DNA of 64,000 bases from an uncultured Victivallales bacterium (GTDB lineage: Bacteria; Verrucomicrobiota; Lentisphaeria; Victivallales; UBA1829): the NCBI GenBank assembly GCA_944390795.1, contig CALXRI010000001.1:221979-285978 (forward strand), read 5' to 3'. Positions 38,494 through 47,965 of the stretch are shown in pieces. The notes under the pieces were generated by a model. That model was given only the letters and a program-made list of their open reading frames with translations, ran no database searches and was not told the origin of the DNA. The translations under genes were made by a program, and so were the position numbers. Numbering within the stretch: the stretch's first letter is position 1; every line of letters starts with the position of its first letter.

Positions 38494-41400
38494 TCAGCGG
38501 ATTTCCTTCCGGAACGGCGCTCCGGGCAATCCCTCGCTGTTGTAAAGGTTGCAGCCGTGCGGGCAGTTTGCCCAGGCGTAGGCGACGGACACAGGTCTCC
38601 GGACTTTCGGGGAGGAAAGAACCACACAGTCCCGGCCTTTGATGACCGCATCGGCAAATACGTATTTCCCGTCCCCGCCCGCAAGGACAAACCAGCGGAG
38701 CTTTCCGTTTTTCGCCTGCAGACCCGAACCGGCGTTTTCAAAACGGACAATGATTTTTTCATCTTTTCGTTCCACGGACTTGACGCGCGGACCGTCCGCG
38801 ACCAGGCCTCTTTCGCCGTATGCGACCTTTCGAGCCTGAAGCGCAAGGCGTTTTGCGACATCCTGCTTGTTGCGCGGGTGAATGTCGTGCCCTTCCCCGA
38901 TGTCAATCGTGACGGCCATACCCGTGTTCGGAAGCGCCAGCGCGGATGCCTGCATCTGCCGCATGATCGGCCAGAGACCGCGCGGCGCCGGGTTTTCAGA
39001 TGCAAAGACTGAATCGTCAATCACTTGCGGATCCCGATGTCCGCCCCAGTTCGGAAGCTGGACAAATAAAAACGGCATTTCCGGATTGTTCCACGCCGTG
39101 CGCCAGCTTGTGATCAGCATCCGGAAGAGCGCGTCGTATCCCCAGGTGTTGATCAGGTTTCCTTCGCCCTGATACCAGATCACCCCTTTGAGCGGCATTG
39201 CGGTGAGAGGTGCAATCATGGTGTTGTAGAGTCCGCCCGTGTCATGAGCGCCGCCGAGCAGAATGTTCAGATCCGGTTTGCGCCTGAGCGCGTCCGGGGG
39301 GAATGCGAACTCCGTTTTTGCGATCCAGGCTCCATCCCAGACATTGAACGCCCTGCGCCGGTCGGCGACCGGAAACATGGAGAGTTTTCCGCGCGGTGCA
39401 ACGAGTCCGCCGCGTCCGCCGTAGTTCATGACCCGGACCGCAATCACATTGTCCTTTTCGCGGATCAGTTCCGCCGGAATTCTGTATTCCCGCTGTTTTG
39501 TCCAGTGAAGCGGCGTTTCCACCGTGGTTTCCCCGACTTTCGTCCCGTTGAACCAGACCGTGTCCAGCGATTCGATGTTTCCCAGAGAGAGAATCATCTC
39601 CCCGCCCTGAAACTCCCTGCCGATGTCCAGCTTCCTCCGGTACCAGAGCACGCCGTCAAAATTCCGGAACGCGGAGTCCTTCCAGCTGCCGGGCACTTTG
39701 ACCGGCAGCCAGTCCGCGGTGTTCAGATCCGGTCTGCACCATCCTGCCGCCGCCGCGATTTTTTCCCGGTTCCGTTCCAGGATCGGTTTGATCCACGCAT
39801 GATATTGCGCAACACGTTCGGCGTAGACCTTCTCCTGTTCCGTGAAGGAGCGGAAGCGTTTTCTCTCCGCTTCGGACATGGAATCCGCAAGATGCGGGTC
39901 CATCCAGGTTTCGATCCGCGTTCCGCTGGCACAGGCCTGCACGAGTCCGATTGGAATATTCAGATGTTTCCGCAGCTCCCTCCCGAAAAAGTAGCCTACG
40001 GCCGAAAAGCGCAGAACTGATTCGGGAGAACACTCCTGCCAGACCAGGCGTTCCGGCAGTTGCGCATGCACGGTATCCGAGGAGCGGTCCGTGGGAACTT
40101 TCGTGAGGCGGATCTCCGGATATTTCGCACCGGCCACCTCGTTTCTGGAATCTGCAACCTTGTACATTCCATATTCCATGTTACTCTGCCCGGTACAGAG
40201 CCAGATGTCTCCGCAGAGGATGTTCCGGTAGACGATTTTCCTTCCCCTTCCGGAAAAAACCAGTTCATGAGGGCCGCCCGCCTTTTTCGCAGGCAGGACG
40301 GCTTTCCAGGCGCCGTCCGGATTCACAAGCGCGCGGCACTCCGAACCGTCAAAGGCGACTTTGACGATTCGGCCCGGCTCCCCGCCCGTACCCGTGATGA
40401 CGATCGGGGTGTCGCGCTGAATCACCATGTTGTCGTTCAGAAAGGAGGCCGGTTCAAAGGTTGCGCTGAGCGGGAGTTCCCGTGCCTGTTCCGCCGGGCG
40501 TATCAGGTAGGCCATGACTCCTGAGGAGGTGTCTGCCGTGAACGCAAGCACGCCGCCGTTTGTCACGGAAGGCGTCAGGTGTTTTTCCGTTCCGTCAAAA
40601 TTGAGCGCGACAACCTCGCGTTCCCTGCCGTTCAGCTTCAGCCTTACGCTGCATCTCCCGCGTTTCAGGAGAAGATCGTTGGGATTTCCCCAGCTCAGAA
40701 CCTCCGTCATGCTTTCGCTAGCAAAGCGCATCTTTCCGTTCAGCGCGTTTGTCAGATGGAAAAGAAGGATCTTTCCGCTGTCCGCCAGGTTCCGCCCGTC
40801 CATGGAGGAGGCCGACACCACCATGAAGGTATCCGCGCCGGAGATACGCATCACGCGTCCCGCCGCATCGCCGGAATTCAGCATCAGGCATTCCGTGCGG
40901 GGTGTGACGGTTCGCATGGAGAGGCGGCGCGCATCCAGTACGATCTCTCCGGTCTCGCTGGCGGCGGGCCGGGAACCGGTATCGGTTTCCAGCTGTCCGC
41001 GGACGGACTCCGGAAGGCCTCCGCGCCAGTTCCCCTGCGGAAGCGTCAGAACACCGGGAATCTTTTTCTCCGCCGGAAGCGAACCGACACGGCAGTAAAA
41101 ACCGAGTTTTTCAAATGCGGAAGGGAACTTCGAAGTGTTCTTGTCAAATTTTGCGATTCCTTTGAAATCGCTTTCTCCGAAGGGATAGGCAAGAGCGGTT
41201 TTCGCGGGGGAAACATCTCCGCGCCGGAACATGAGAATGATGATTTTCTCGGCAAAGCGCGCTACGGGATCCTGCACGGTGTCAAAGCGGATGACCGGTT
41301 CCTTTTTCAGCACGGCGTTCCGGCTGTGAGCCCAGGCAAAGCGGTAAAGCGCATCCCAGTCCTGAAGTGCGGCGTAGGAGCCGAGCAGGGGTGCGGACTC

Positions 41401-43650
41401 CGCGCGCCACCGGTTCGGGAAGGTGTAGTTGATCTCCGTCACGGTGAACGGTTTCCCGAAGATGCGGTCCGGAAACAGGAGACGCGGAATCAGCGCGCCG
41501 GCCTCCGTCGCGGAGCCCTGATGATAAAAGCGCCAGCTGCGCGGGTGATCCCCGTAATGATGGCTGTCGACAAAATCCAGTTCATTGCGGATCGGCGCCT
41601 GAATGACGTTGTCATTGAAATTGGCATCTGTCACAAGGCCTTTATAGCGGATTTCCTCGCGGAGGAATTTCCTGAAGTCGCGGATCATGTCGATATGCAG
41701 TCCGCAGAGGAACTTCAGAAACAGCGTGCCGCGCGCCCCGGCGTTTTCCTCTGTATGGAGATTGTTCTTCCGGAGGTATTCCAGATACGCCGCATCGTAA
41801 AGCGCCTTGATCCGGGGATTTCCGGGATATACGCGGTAGATCGTGTTTTCGTTGATGAGGGAAAGCCCGAAAAGCGCGGGATCCTCCGCCCATGTGAGTC
41901 CGGTGTAGGGGTTTTTATGTGTGAGGAGATTGCGCGCATATTCCTTCCAGTTGTCGCGTGCCGGTTTGTAGACCGGTGCGAGCGCACGCAGTTCCCGGCC
42001 TTTGAATTCCGGAAAGCCGGGCATTTCGCCGGGACGGAGATTGCGGCTGACGAAAAGATCGATCGTCACGTAGATGCCGCGCTGTTTCATGCAGTGAAAG
42101 AGATAGTCGAGTTTGTCGAACTGCGAGGCGGACTGCACGGTCGATGTCGGAGCTTTCAGATCGCTGATCGTGTGGTCGAAATGATGAAAACGCACGGAAT
42201 TGTATCCCATGGCGGCAATCTCGTCTGCGAGTTTTTCCGCCTCTTCCTTTTCCAGAAACTGTGCGTCGAAGCAGAAATTCGTTCCGGCGAACCGGAAACG
42301 TCTGCCCCCTGCCGTGAAATGGCCTTTCTCGTCGACTGTGATCCAGCCGTATTTTCCGGCGGGGGCGTCATTCCGGTTCAGGAAGGAGAAATCCAGCACG
42401 GATCCGCGTTTGGTGTCCGGCATTCCGCTGTTGAGCGCGACATAGTCCGCGCCGGGCCGGACGACGGTCCGGCTGTCAAGCCATGCCGGATCCACCGCCG
42501 TATTGCCGATTGAGACGGCGCATATGATCCATTCTCCGTTGCCCTCCGGGAGGAAGGATATTGTTTCCGGATCGTCGCGCGTCAGTTCAAAACGCGAGAG
42601 ATAGACTCCCTGATCCTTTTTCGGATTGTCCCAGACCACGGCTCCGTTCGCAAGGCGGCTGAATCCGGATGCGTTTCCAACATCTTTCCCGTTGAGAACC
42701 GGAATCTTCTGGGCTGATCCGTCACGAAAGGTGATTTGCAGTGTTCCCGCGGTTCCTTTGCGCACCGGATTCCCGAGCGTATGCAGCAAATAGAGCTGTT
42801 TTCCCGCGGCCGATCCGGTTTTGACCGATGCCGCTGCCCCGTGCTTCACGGAAAGAAACGCGTTGCCTCCGAGCGGATTGCGGAGCTTGAATGTCAGTCC
42901 GCCGCACTGGAAGATTCCGTTCCTGTCCCCCCGCAGTCCCTCAAGGGAGATTTCCCCTTTGCCTGAACGGTTGCAGACTGGTGCAAGGTCTACGGGAGTG
43001 GTTGCAAACGGAATATAAGAGATTTTCAGCGTCAGTTCCGCCTGTTCGGCATGTTTGTCCACGGTATGTTCCGGAAAGATCCGCAGGCGATAGTTCTTAT
43101 AGGATTCTCCGAGCGTTGCGCGGAATGCTCCCTCCAGAACAAGCTTGTGTCCGCGTGCGGCAAACTCCATGCGCGTGACGCGCTTCCAGCGGCGTTCCTT
43201 GAAATCTCCGGCATTTTCCGGAAGCGGAATCGTTTCTCCGTTTACCGTACACGCCTTCCCCCCGAATTCATTTGCCGGCAGCGCCCCGTCGAGCGCGAGC
43301 GAATGTGCGCCGGTCCGTTCCCCGGACTGCAGATTCAGCTGCAGAGAGATCGTGTTTGCTCCGGTTTCATCAATTGCTTCCGTCAGAAAAAACTCTTTGC
43401 CGAAACGCAGTTTCCAGCGGGCCTTGAGTTCCAGATGTTTTTCGGAAACAATCGGGTACCCCATTTCCGGCACGACGTTTTCTCCCTGCTGGAAACTCGG
43501 ATTCCACCCTTTCTGATAGGCCATGAGGGCAAACGGTCCGGCGTTTCCGATCCGGATGCCGCCCGATGCATTGATGTCGATCCCCGCAGGAAATGCCGCA
43601 AGCCGGAGGCATGCGAAGAGAAAAAGAAGTGCTGTCAGTATTTTTTTCAT
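38494..43650 (-). CDS. 1718-aa secreted multidomain protein: unknown N-terminal beta-rich region + clan GH-A TIM barrel + sialate-O-acetylesterase (SASA/DUF303)-like C-terminal half
   Basis: Signal peptide MKKILTALLFLFACLRLAAFPA. FRFAGTNFCFD..MGYNSVRFHHFD..SLINEN..FTVTEINY (NE and E motifs of clan GH-A, about nt 42330-41250). GDIWLCTGQSNMEYG (nt about 40191), VIWYQGEGN and DIHPRNKQDVAKRLA are typical of 9-O-acetylesterases (about 40490-38494). Confidence 0.85.
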   Translation of the reverse strand: MKKILTALLFLFACLRLAAFPAGIDINASGGIRIGNAGPFALMAYQKGWNPSFQQGENVVPEMGYPIVSEKHLELKARWKLRFGKEFFLTEAIDETGANTISLQLNLQSGERTGAHSLALDGALPANEFGGKACTVNGETIPLPENAGDFKERRWKRVTRMEFAARGHKLVLEGAFRATLGESYKNYRLRIFPEHTVDKHAEQAELTLKISYIPFATTPVDLAPVCNRSGKGEISLEGLRGDRNGIFQCGGLTFKLRNPLGGNAFLSVKHGAAASVKTGSAAGKQLYLLHTLGNPVRKGTAGTLQITFRDGSAQKIPVLNGKDVGNASGFSRLANGAVVWDNPKKDQGVYLSRFELTRDDPETISFLPEGNGEWIICAVSIGNTAVDPAWLDSRTVVRPGADYVALNSGMPDTKRGSVLDFSFLNRNDAPAGKYGWITVDEKGHFTAGGRRFRFAGTNFCFDAQFLEKEEAEKLADEIAAMGYNSVRFHHFDHTISDLKAPTSTVQSASQFDKLDYLFHCMKQRGIYVTIDLFVSRNLRPGEMPGFPEFKGRELRALAPVYKPARDNWKEYARNLLTHKNPYTGLTWAEDPALFGLSLINENTIYRVYPGNPRIKALYDAAYLEYLRKNNLHTEENAGARGTLFLKFLCGLHIDMIRDFRKFLREEIRYKGLVTDANFNDNVIQAPIRNELDFVDSHHYGDHPRSWRFYHQGSATEAGALIPRLLFPDRIFGKPFTVTEINYTFPNRWRAESAPLLGSYAALQDWDALYRFAWAHSRNAVLKKEPVIRFDTVQDPVARFAEKIIILMFRRGDVSPAKTALAYPFGESDFKGIAKFDKNTSKFPSAFEKLGFYCRVGSLPAEKKIPGVLTLPQGNWRGGLPESVRGQLETDTGSRPAASETGEIVLDARRLSMRTVTPRTECLMLNSGDAAGRVMRISGADTFMVVSASSMDGRNLADSGKILLFHLTNALNGKMRFASESMTEVLSWGNPNDLLLKRGRCSVRLKLNGREREVVALNFDGTEKHLTPSVTNGGVLAFTADTSSGVMAYLIRPAEQARELPLSATFEPASFLNDNMVIQRDTPIVITGTGGEPGRIVKVAFDGSECRALVNPDGAWKAVLPAKKAGGPHELVFSGRGRKIVYRNILCGDIWLCTGQSNMEYGMYKVADSRNEVAGAKYPEIRLTKVPTDRSSDTVHAQLPERLVWQECSPESVLRFSAVGYFFGRELRKHLNIPIGLVQACASGTRIETWMDPHLADSMSEAERKRFRSFTEQEKVYAERVAQYHAWIKPILERNREKIAAAAGWCRPDLNTADWLPVKVPGSWKDSAFRNFDGVLWYRRKLDIGREFQGGEMILSLGNIESLDTVWFNGTKVGETTVETPLHWTKQREYRIPAELIREKDNVIAVRVMNYGGRGGLVAPRGKLSMFPVADRRRAFNVWDGAWIAKTEFAFPPDALRRKPDLNILLGGAHDTGGLYNTMIAPLTAMPLKGVIWYQGEGNLINTWGYDALFRMLITSWRTAWNNPEMPFLFVQLPNWGGHRDPQVIDDSVFASENPAPRGLWPIMRQMQASALALPNTGMAVTIDIGEGHDIHPRNKQDVAKRLALQARKVAYGERGLVADGPRVKSVERKDEKIIVRFENAGSGLQAKNGKLRWFVLAGGDGKYVFADAVIKGRDCVVLSSPKVRRPVSVAYAWANCPHGCNLYNSEGLPGAPFRKEIR

Positions 43651-43727
43651 GAGCAGAAGCCTTTCTGTATTTGACGATTGGAGGATTCCGGATCTGTTCA
43701 GCGATTCGGCGTTTTGTGTCTCCGGCG

Positions 43728-44474
43728 TTATTTTCTTGTCCGGTCGTGATCCCGGAACCAGTTCCGCATGTACCAGGCGGTCCAGTTGCCGAACTGCGGG
43801 TTTAAGATGGTCCGGACCGCGCCGTCCTGGTAAAGGACGTTGCTTTTGTTCTTGTGGCTCGGCGCGATATAGGTTCCGAGGCTGACAAATTCATCCGCCG
43901 CCATAATCCTCACCGGATAGCGCAGACGGTAGGAACGTTCCTTGTTCGCAACGTCGTTGGACAGAAGAAAGGAATCCGTCAGATCCTCCAGCTCAAACAT
44001 GTTGTAGCGGTAGGAGGTGCGCAGGCGCGGAATGCAGTATTGATCCGCAAAACGCATGTCGTAGAACATGTCTGATCCGGAATTGACGCCCGGTCTGCGC
44101 GCCGGGCACTGAAACACCTTCGCGCTTTTCAGATATTTCAATTGATACAGCGCCAGATTCATGGAATACGGGGTGCTGGCCTGACGGAAGAAATCGCTTT
44201 CCAGCATGACCCGCTCGACGCTGCCTTTCTCCGTCCGGTCCGACATGGAGGGAAACCATTCCTTGTTGTCGCCGGTATACGAGATCAGCGACACCCCCTG
44301 CTGGCGGAGATTCGAAAGGCAGTTGATGTTCTGCACTTTCCTTTTCGCATTGTTCAGGGCGGGAAGAAGCAGCGAAGCGAGAATTGCAATAATTGAAATT
44401 ACGACCAGAAGTTCTATCAATGTAAAAGAATTCCTCCGGCGGAAAGAAACATTCGAAGCCTTGCACGATTTCAT
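43728..44474 (-). CDS. Prepilin-type N-terminal motif protein, H-X9-DG pseudopilin paralog (P4)
   Basis: [28 protein letters not shown] and SH-KNKSNVLYQ-DG. The ATG is 1 nt after the stop of the upstream regulator. Confidence 0.85.
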   Translation of the reverse strand: MKSCKASNVSFRRRNSFTLIELLVVISIIAILASLLLPALNNAKRKVQNINCLSNLRQQGVSLISYTGDNKEWFPSMSDRTEKGSVERVMLESDFFRQASTPYSMNLALYQLKYLKSAKVFQCPARRPGVNSGSDMFYDMRFADQYCIPRLRTSYRYNMFELEDLTDSFLLSNDVANKERSYRLRYPVRIMAADEFVSLGTYIAPSHKNKSNVLYQDGAVRTILNPQFGNWTAWYMRNWFRDHDRTRK

Positions 44475-44475
44475 T

Positions 44476-45579
44476 TCAGCACTCCCTGGGTTGTAAAGAT
44501 TGCATGACAGTGTTGCCTTCCATCATCCGGGGAGCCACCATAACGGCGTTTCCGCCGGATTCCTGCTGATTCAGCAGAAGCTTTCCGACCGCTTTCCCGA
44601 GTTCGGAATGACGGGCCGCCACGCGTGTGACCTGCAGGTTGCCCAGGCGCAGCGGGATGTTGCAGTATGAGATCAGCGACAATTCCTCCGGAATTCGGAT
44701 GCCGGAAGCGGTCGCGTTCCTGAAAAAGCCGAGTGTCGCCCAGTCTCCGTAAATGACGGCGGCGCTGTACTTCACGCCGCAGCCGCTCAGTTTGCTCCAG
44801 ATTTCATCTCCGCAGGAGATGTCGAACCCGTGGTACTCCGCTATCAGGCGGGCGTCCGGAATGATTCCCGCGTCGCTCAGGGCCTGGATGTAGCCCTCCC
44901 GGCGTTCCTCGAAAGAAGGCAGATGACCGGTGCGGCGGTCCGCCAGTGCGATTTTCGTATGTCCCATGGAGATCAGCTTCCTCACCGTGCCGTACATGCT
45001 GCCACGGTAGTCGTTGTGGGCGAAGGGGATTCGTCCGTCCTCCGGGCGCCCGACCGTCAGCACCCGGACTCCTTTTCCCAGAAGGGGACCGGTGAGATCC
45101 GCAGGAAAATCGAACCCGGCAAGAACGGCATTGTCGCCGGAGCGGAGTTCGCCGTCCAGAGTCTGAAGCACCTGGCGGAGATTCTCCACAGCGTCAATGC
45201 ATTTCAGGCGGATTCTCCAGCCGAAAGGATCCAGCGCGGCATGGAGTCCCGTCACAATCGCGCCGACAAACGGATCGTCTTCATGGTTGTGCATCGGATC
45301 GCCGATGAAGAGCCGGACCTCCCGCCGGAAGGTTTCCCGCTCATGCCTGCTCTCGAAACCGATGACGAAGGTGCCCTTGCCGCGGATGCGTTCCAGCAGG
45401 CCGTCACTGACCAGGGACGAATAGGCCTCCCGCACAGTGTTTTTACAGATGCCGAGCCGCTGAATCAGCGTATTTTCCGAAAGAAATACCGATCCCTTCG
45501 GGTATTTCCCGCTCTGAAGCTCCTGGATCAGATAGTTCCGAACCTGATCTTTTTTTGACAATTCCGACCGTTCCGCCAT
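44476..45579 (-). CDS. Hybrid regulator: GntR-type HTH + LacI/PBP1-type sugar-binding domain
   Basis: LSENTLIQRLGICKNTVREAYSSLVSDGLLERIRGKGTFV followed by a PBP1-like domain. Confidence 0.75.
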   Translation of the reverse strand: MAERSELSKKDQVRNYLIQELQSGKYPKGSVFLSENTLIQRLGICKNTVREAYSSLVSDGLLERIRGKGTFVIGFESRHERETFRREVRLFIGDPMHNHEDDPFVGAIVTGLHAALDPFGWRIRLKCIDAVENLRQVLQTLDGELRSGDNAVLAGFDFPADLTGPLLGKGVRVLTVGRPEDGRIPFAHNDYRGSMYGTVRKLISMGHTKIALADRRTGHLPSFEERREGYIQALSDAGIIPDARLIAEYHGFDISCGDEIWSKLSGCGVKYSAAVIYGDWATLGFFRNATASGIRIPEELSLISYCNIPLRLGNLQVTRVAARHSELGKAVGKLLLNQQESGGNAVMVAPRMMEGNTVMQSLQPREC

Positions 45580-45627
45580 CAGGAAATCCTGTAATACAAG
45601 TTAAAATAAGTTATCCTACAACCTGTC

Positions 45628-45655
45628 ATTATAGGCGTTTTTCCGATTTTGTCAA
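45628..45655 (-). promoter_or_regulatory. Sigma70-type promoter of the GntR-P4-enzyme operon
   Basis: On the minus strand: TTGACA - 16 nt - TATAAT. A TGTAATACA palindrome at 45590-45598 lies between the promoter and the ATG. Confidence 0.6.
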
Positions 45656-45731
45656 TAGGTGAAAATCAGAAAAAATGAAATTTTTCATCCATGGAATCGC
45701 CGGAAAATTGTTTTTTTCCCATGTTTTCCCC

Positions 45732-45760
45732 TTGACAATAAGGCCAAAAGAGAGTATAAT
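45732..45760 (+). promoter_or_regulatory. Sigma70-type promoter of the LacI-P5-enzyme operon
   Basis: TTGACA - 17 nt - TATAAT. A leader of about 160 nt follows, with hairpins at 45765-45780 and about 45836-45870. Confidence 0.6.
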
Positions 45761-45924
45761 CATTACTGCGACGACGCAGTTGACCTGTGGCACGGACTTG
45801 TTTTCTTTCCGGTCTGCACCATTCCCCGGCGGAACAGACAGACCGAACAGGATTTACCGTGCAGGTCTGTCATCGCATGACACGGCCGAATGGTCCGTTC
45901 TTGCACAGGAAGGAAGCGGAAATC

Positions 45925-46962
45925 ATGATTACGGGAAAAGATATTGCGGATGCCACCGGTTTTGCTTTGTCCACTGTTGAGAAAGTTCTCCGCGGTCATT
46001 CCGCCCGCTACAAAATCAATCCGGCGACCACGCGGAACATTCTGGAGACCGCCCGGAAGCTCGGCTATCACCGGAATGAAGCGGCGGTCATCACCCGGAC
46101 GGGCGTCAACCGGACGGTCGGCATTTTCGCCTTGCAGACTTCCGACATGCATGCGGTGCAGAGCAAAATCATATCCGGAATCGTCTCCGAGGCGGCGCAT
46201 CATGACTATTCCGTCACCATGTTTGACACGCAGAATTCCCTGGAAAAGAGCTTCGGAGCACTCTTGAGCAAGCGCATCCGGAACATCATTTATCTTGCGG
46301 AACGGAACCCGGAAAAATGCAGGCGGATCGCGGATTTCTGCCGGGACAACGGTCTGGCTCCGGTTTTCGTTACCGAAGGACAGAAAAACAGGGTGCCGGT
46401 CGTGATGACCGATGACCGGAACGGAATGAAAACCGGAATCCGGTATCTGCTGGCGAACGGACACCGCCGCATTGCGGTCATTACCGCCGATTACTATCCG
46501 GAACGTTTCGCCGCGGCACAGGAGGCTTTCCAGGAAGCCGGGATTTCCTGGGATCCTGATTTCTGCATTGTGCACAGGACAGGAATCACATATGCCGAAC
46601 TTGCCGGACGCATCGACAGAATACTTGCGGGCACCCATCGTCCCGAGGCGTTCTCCTGCATTACGGACGATGTCGCCATGATGGTCATGATGCTGGCCTA
46701 CCGGCGCGGAATCCGCATTCCGGATGAACTTTCCGTCATCGGATATGGAAATGCCTATCCGATCATACAATATGCGATGGCGCCTCTGACAACCGTCGGA
46801 CAGCCGTTTCAGCAGCTTGGAGAAACCGCATTCCGGGTTGCGGCCGGTCTGCCCGTTGATGTGAGGAAAGATTCCGAGGGCCGCTACCTGGTTCCCACAA
46901 CACTGATTGAAAGAGAATCCGTAAAAAATAAAACACAGAAAGAGAAGGAATGCGTGTCATGA
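45925..46962 (+). CDS. LacI-family transcriptional regulator
   Basis: [40 protein letters not shown] plus a PBP1 domain. Start moved from the track start at 45787 to ATG 45925 (RBS AGGAAGG). Confidence 0.85.
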   Translation: MITGKDIADATGFALSTVEKVLRGHSARYKINPATTRNILETARKLGYHRNEAAVITRTGVNRTVGIFALQTSDMHAVQSKIISGIVSEAAHHDYSVTMFDTQNSLEKSFGALLSKRIRNIIYLAERNPEKCRRIADFCRDNGLAPVFVTEGQKNRVPVVMTDDRNGMKTGIRYLLANGHRRIAVITADYYPERFAAAQEAFQEAGISWDPDFCIVHRTGITYAELAGRIDRILAGTHRPEAFSCITDDVAMMVMMLAYRRGIRIPDELSVIGYGNAYPIIQYAMAPLTTVGQPFQQLGETAFRVAAGLPVDVRKDSEGRYLVPTTLIERESVKNKTQKEKECVS

Positions 46963-47744
46963 AAAAATGGAACGGAATCCGTTTTACACTGATTGAGCTT
47001 CTCATCGTGATTGCCATCATTGCCATTCTGGTCTCCATTCTTCTGCCTGCTCTGAGCAAGGCCCGCAACATGGCATACGAAGTCTCATGCGTTTCCAATC
47101 TGAGGCAGATCGGGTTCGGAGCCGCCGGCTATTCGCACGACTATCGGGAATACATTCTTCCCGCCGGCGTTCCATGCGATACAAGTTTTGATTACGGGCG
47201 TTCCGGAAAATGGTACGGTCTGCTGTCCGGCTACGGGGGCATGACAGGCGGTTACGGGCCGGTCTACCGGAAAAGCACGGATGCCCCGACATTCACATGC
47301 AAAAGGGAAGCTGTCCCTCTTGGAGCGGCAACGGACGGGAAATTCAATCAGACTCATTATACCGTCAACAACTGGCTCTGCGGATATTATGACGCCACCT
47401 CGGAATACCTGAAAAAGTTCAGGAAGCTGAAAGCTGTCTTTGCTCCGTCGGCGGCGGTTCTGGTTTTCGATACGAATGATATCAGTTCCCTTGCGGCGTC
47501 TTCCTTTACGCAGCTTAGCTGGCGCCATTCCGCCGGAGGGGATTCGCGCAAGCCTGGAACAGCTGCGGAACTCTTCGGAACGAGGCCGGGGCTCGGGAAA
47601 TGCAATATGCTTCATGTCGACGGCCATGCGCTCGGAAGATATTACCGTGATTTTTCCACTGATTTTTCCCAGGTCAGAAATTTTACGGGCTCCATAGGAA
47701 CCTCATGGAGCAACCGGCCTTTCTTCCGGGGATTTGAGATTTGA
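46959..47744 (+). CDS. Prepilin-type N-terminal motif protein, H-X9-DG-like pseudopilin paralog (P5)
   Basis: [32 protein letters not shown] and [13 protein letters not shown] overlap with the lacI-type gene (46959-46962). Confidence 0.85.
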   Translation: MKKWNGIRFTLIELLIVIAIIAILVSILLPALSKARNMAYEVSCVSNLRQIGFGAAGYSHDYREYILPAGVPCDTSFDYGRSGKWYGLLSGYGGMTGGYGPVYRKSTDAPTFTCKREAVPLGAATDGKFNQTHYTVNNWLCGYYDATSEYLKKFRKLKAVFAPSAAVLVFDTNDISSLAASSFTQLSWRHSAGGDSRKPGTAAELFGTRPGLGKCNMLHVDGHALGRYYRDFSTDFSQVRNFTGSIGTSWSNRPFFRGFEI

Positions 47745-47797
47745 CCGCAGACGGATGGAACACGGAAACAGTTTCTTCCCCGGGAAATAAGGAACGA

Positions 47798-47917
47798 ACC
47801 CGGTGCAGAGCGCACGCCCGTATCGGGGATTCCGCCTGCGGCGACCGGCTTGCGCAGCTGGACCGCGGCAGGACTGGTAGGAAGGCACGAAGTAATTTTT
47901 GCGATGCGGGGCATCGC
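47798..47917 (-). repeat. Mosaic intergenic repeat, copy C
   Basis: The reverse complement of 47798-47858 matches 54099-54159 at 52/61, including a 19/19 run (GCTGCGCAAGCCGGTCGCC). Hairpin GCGATGC-GGG-GCATCGC at 47901-47917 has the same arms as 19264-19280. Confidence 0.6.
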
Positions 47918-47965
47918 ATGATTCACTTGTTTTTTTAATAAAGTACAAACTATGGAGGAATGTGA

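Noticed and set aside
38280-38642. 120-aa plus-strand ORF starting in the AT-rich island
   Set aside because: It has a low-complexity K/L-rich start, no RBS, and its second half is antisense to the conserved C-terminus of the 1718-aa esterase domain.
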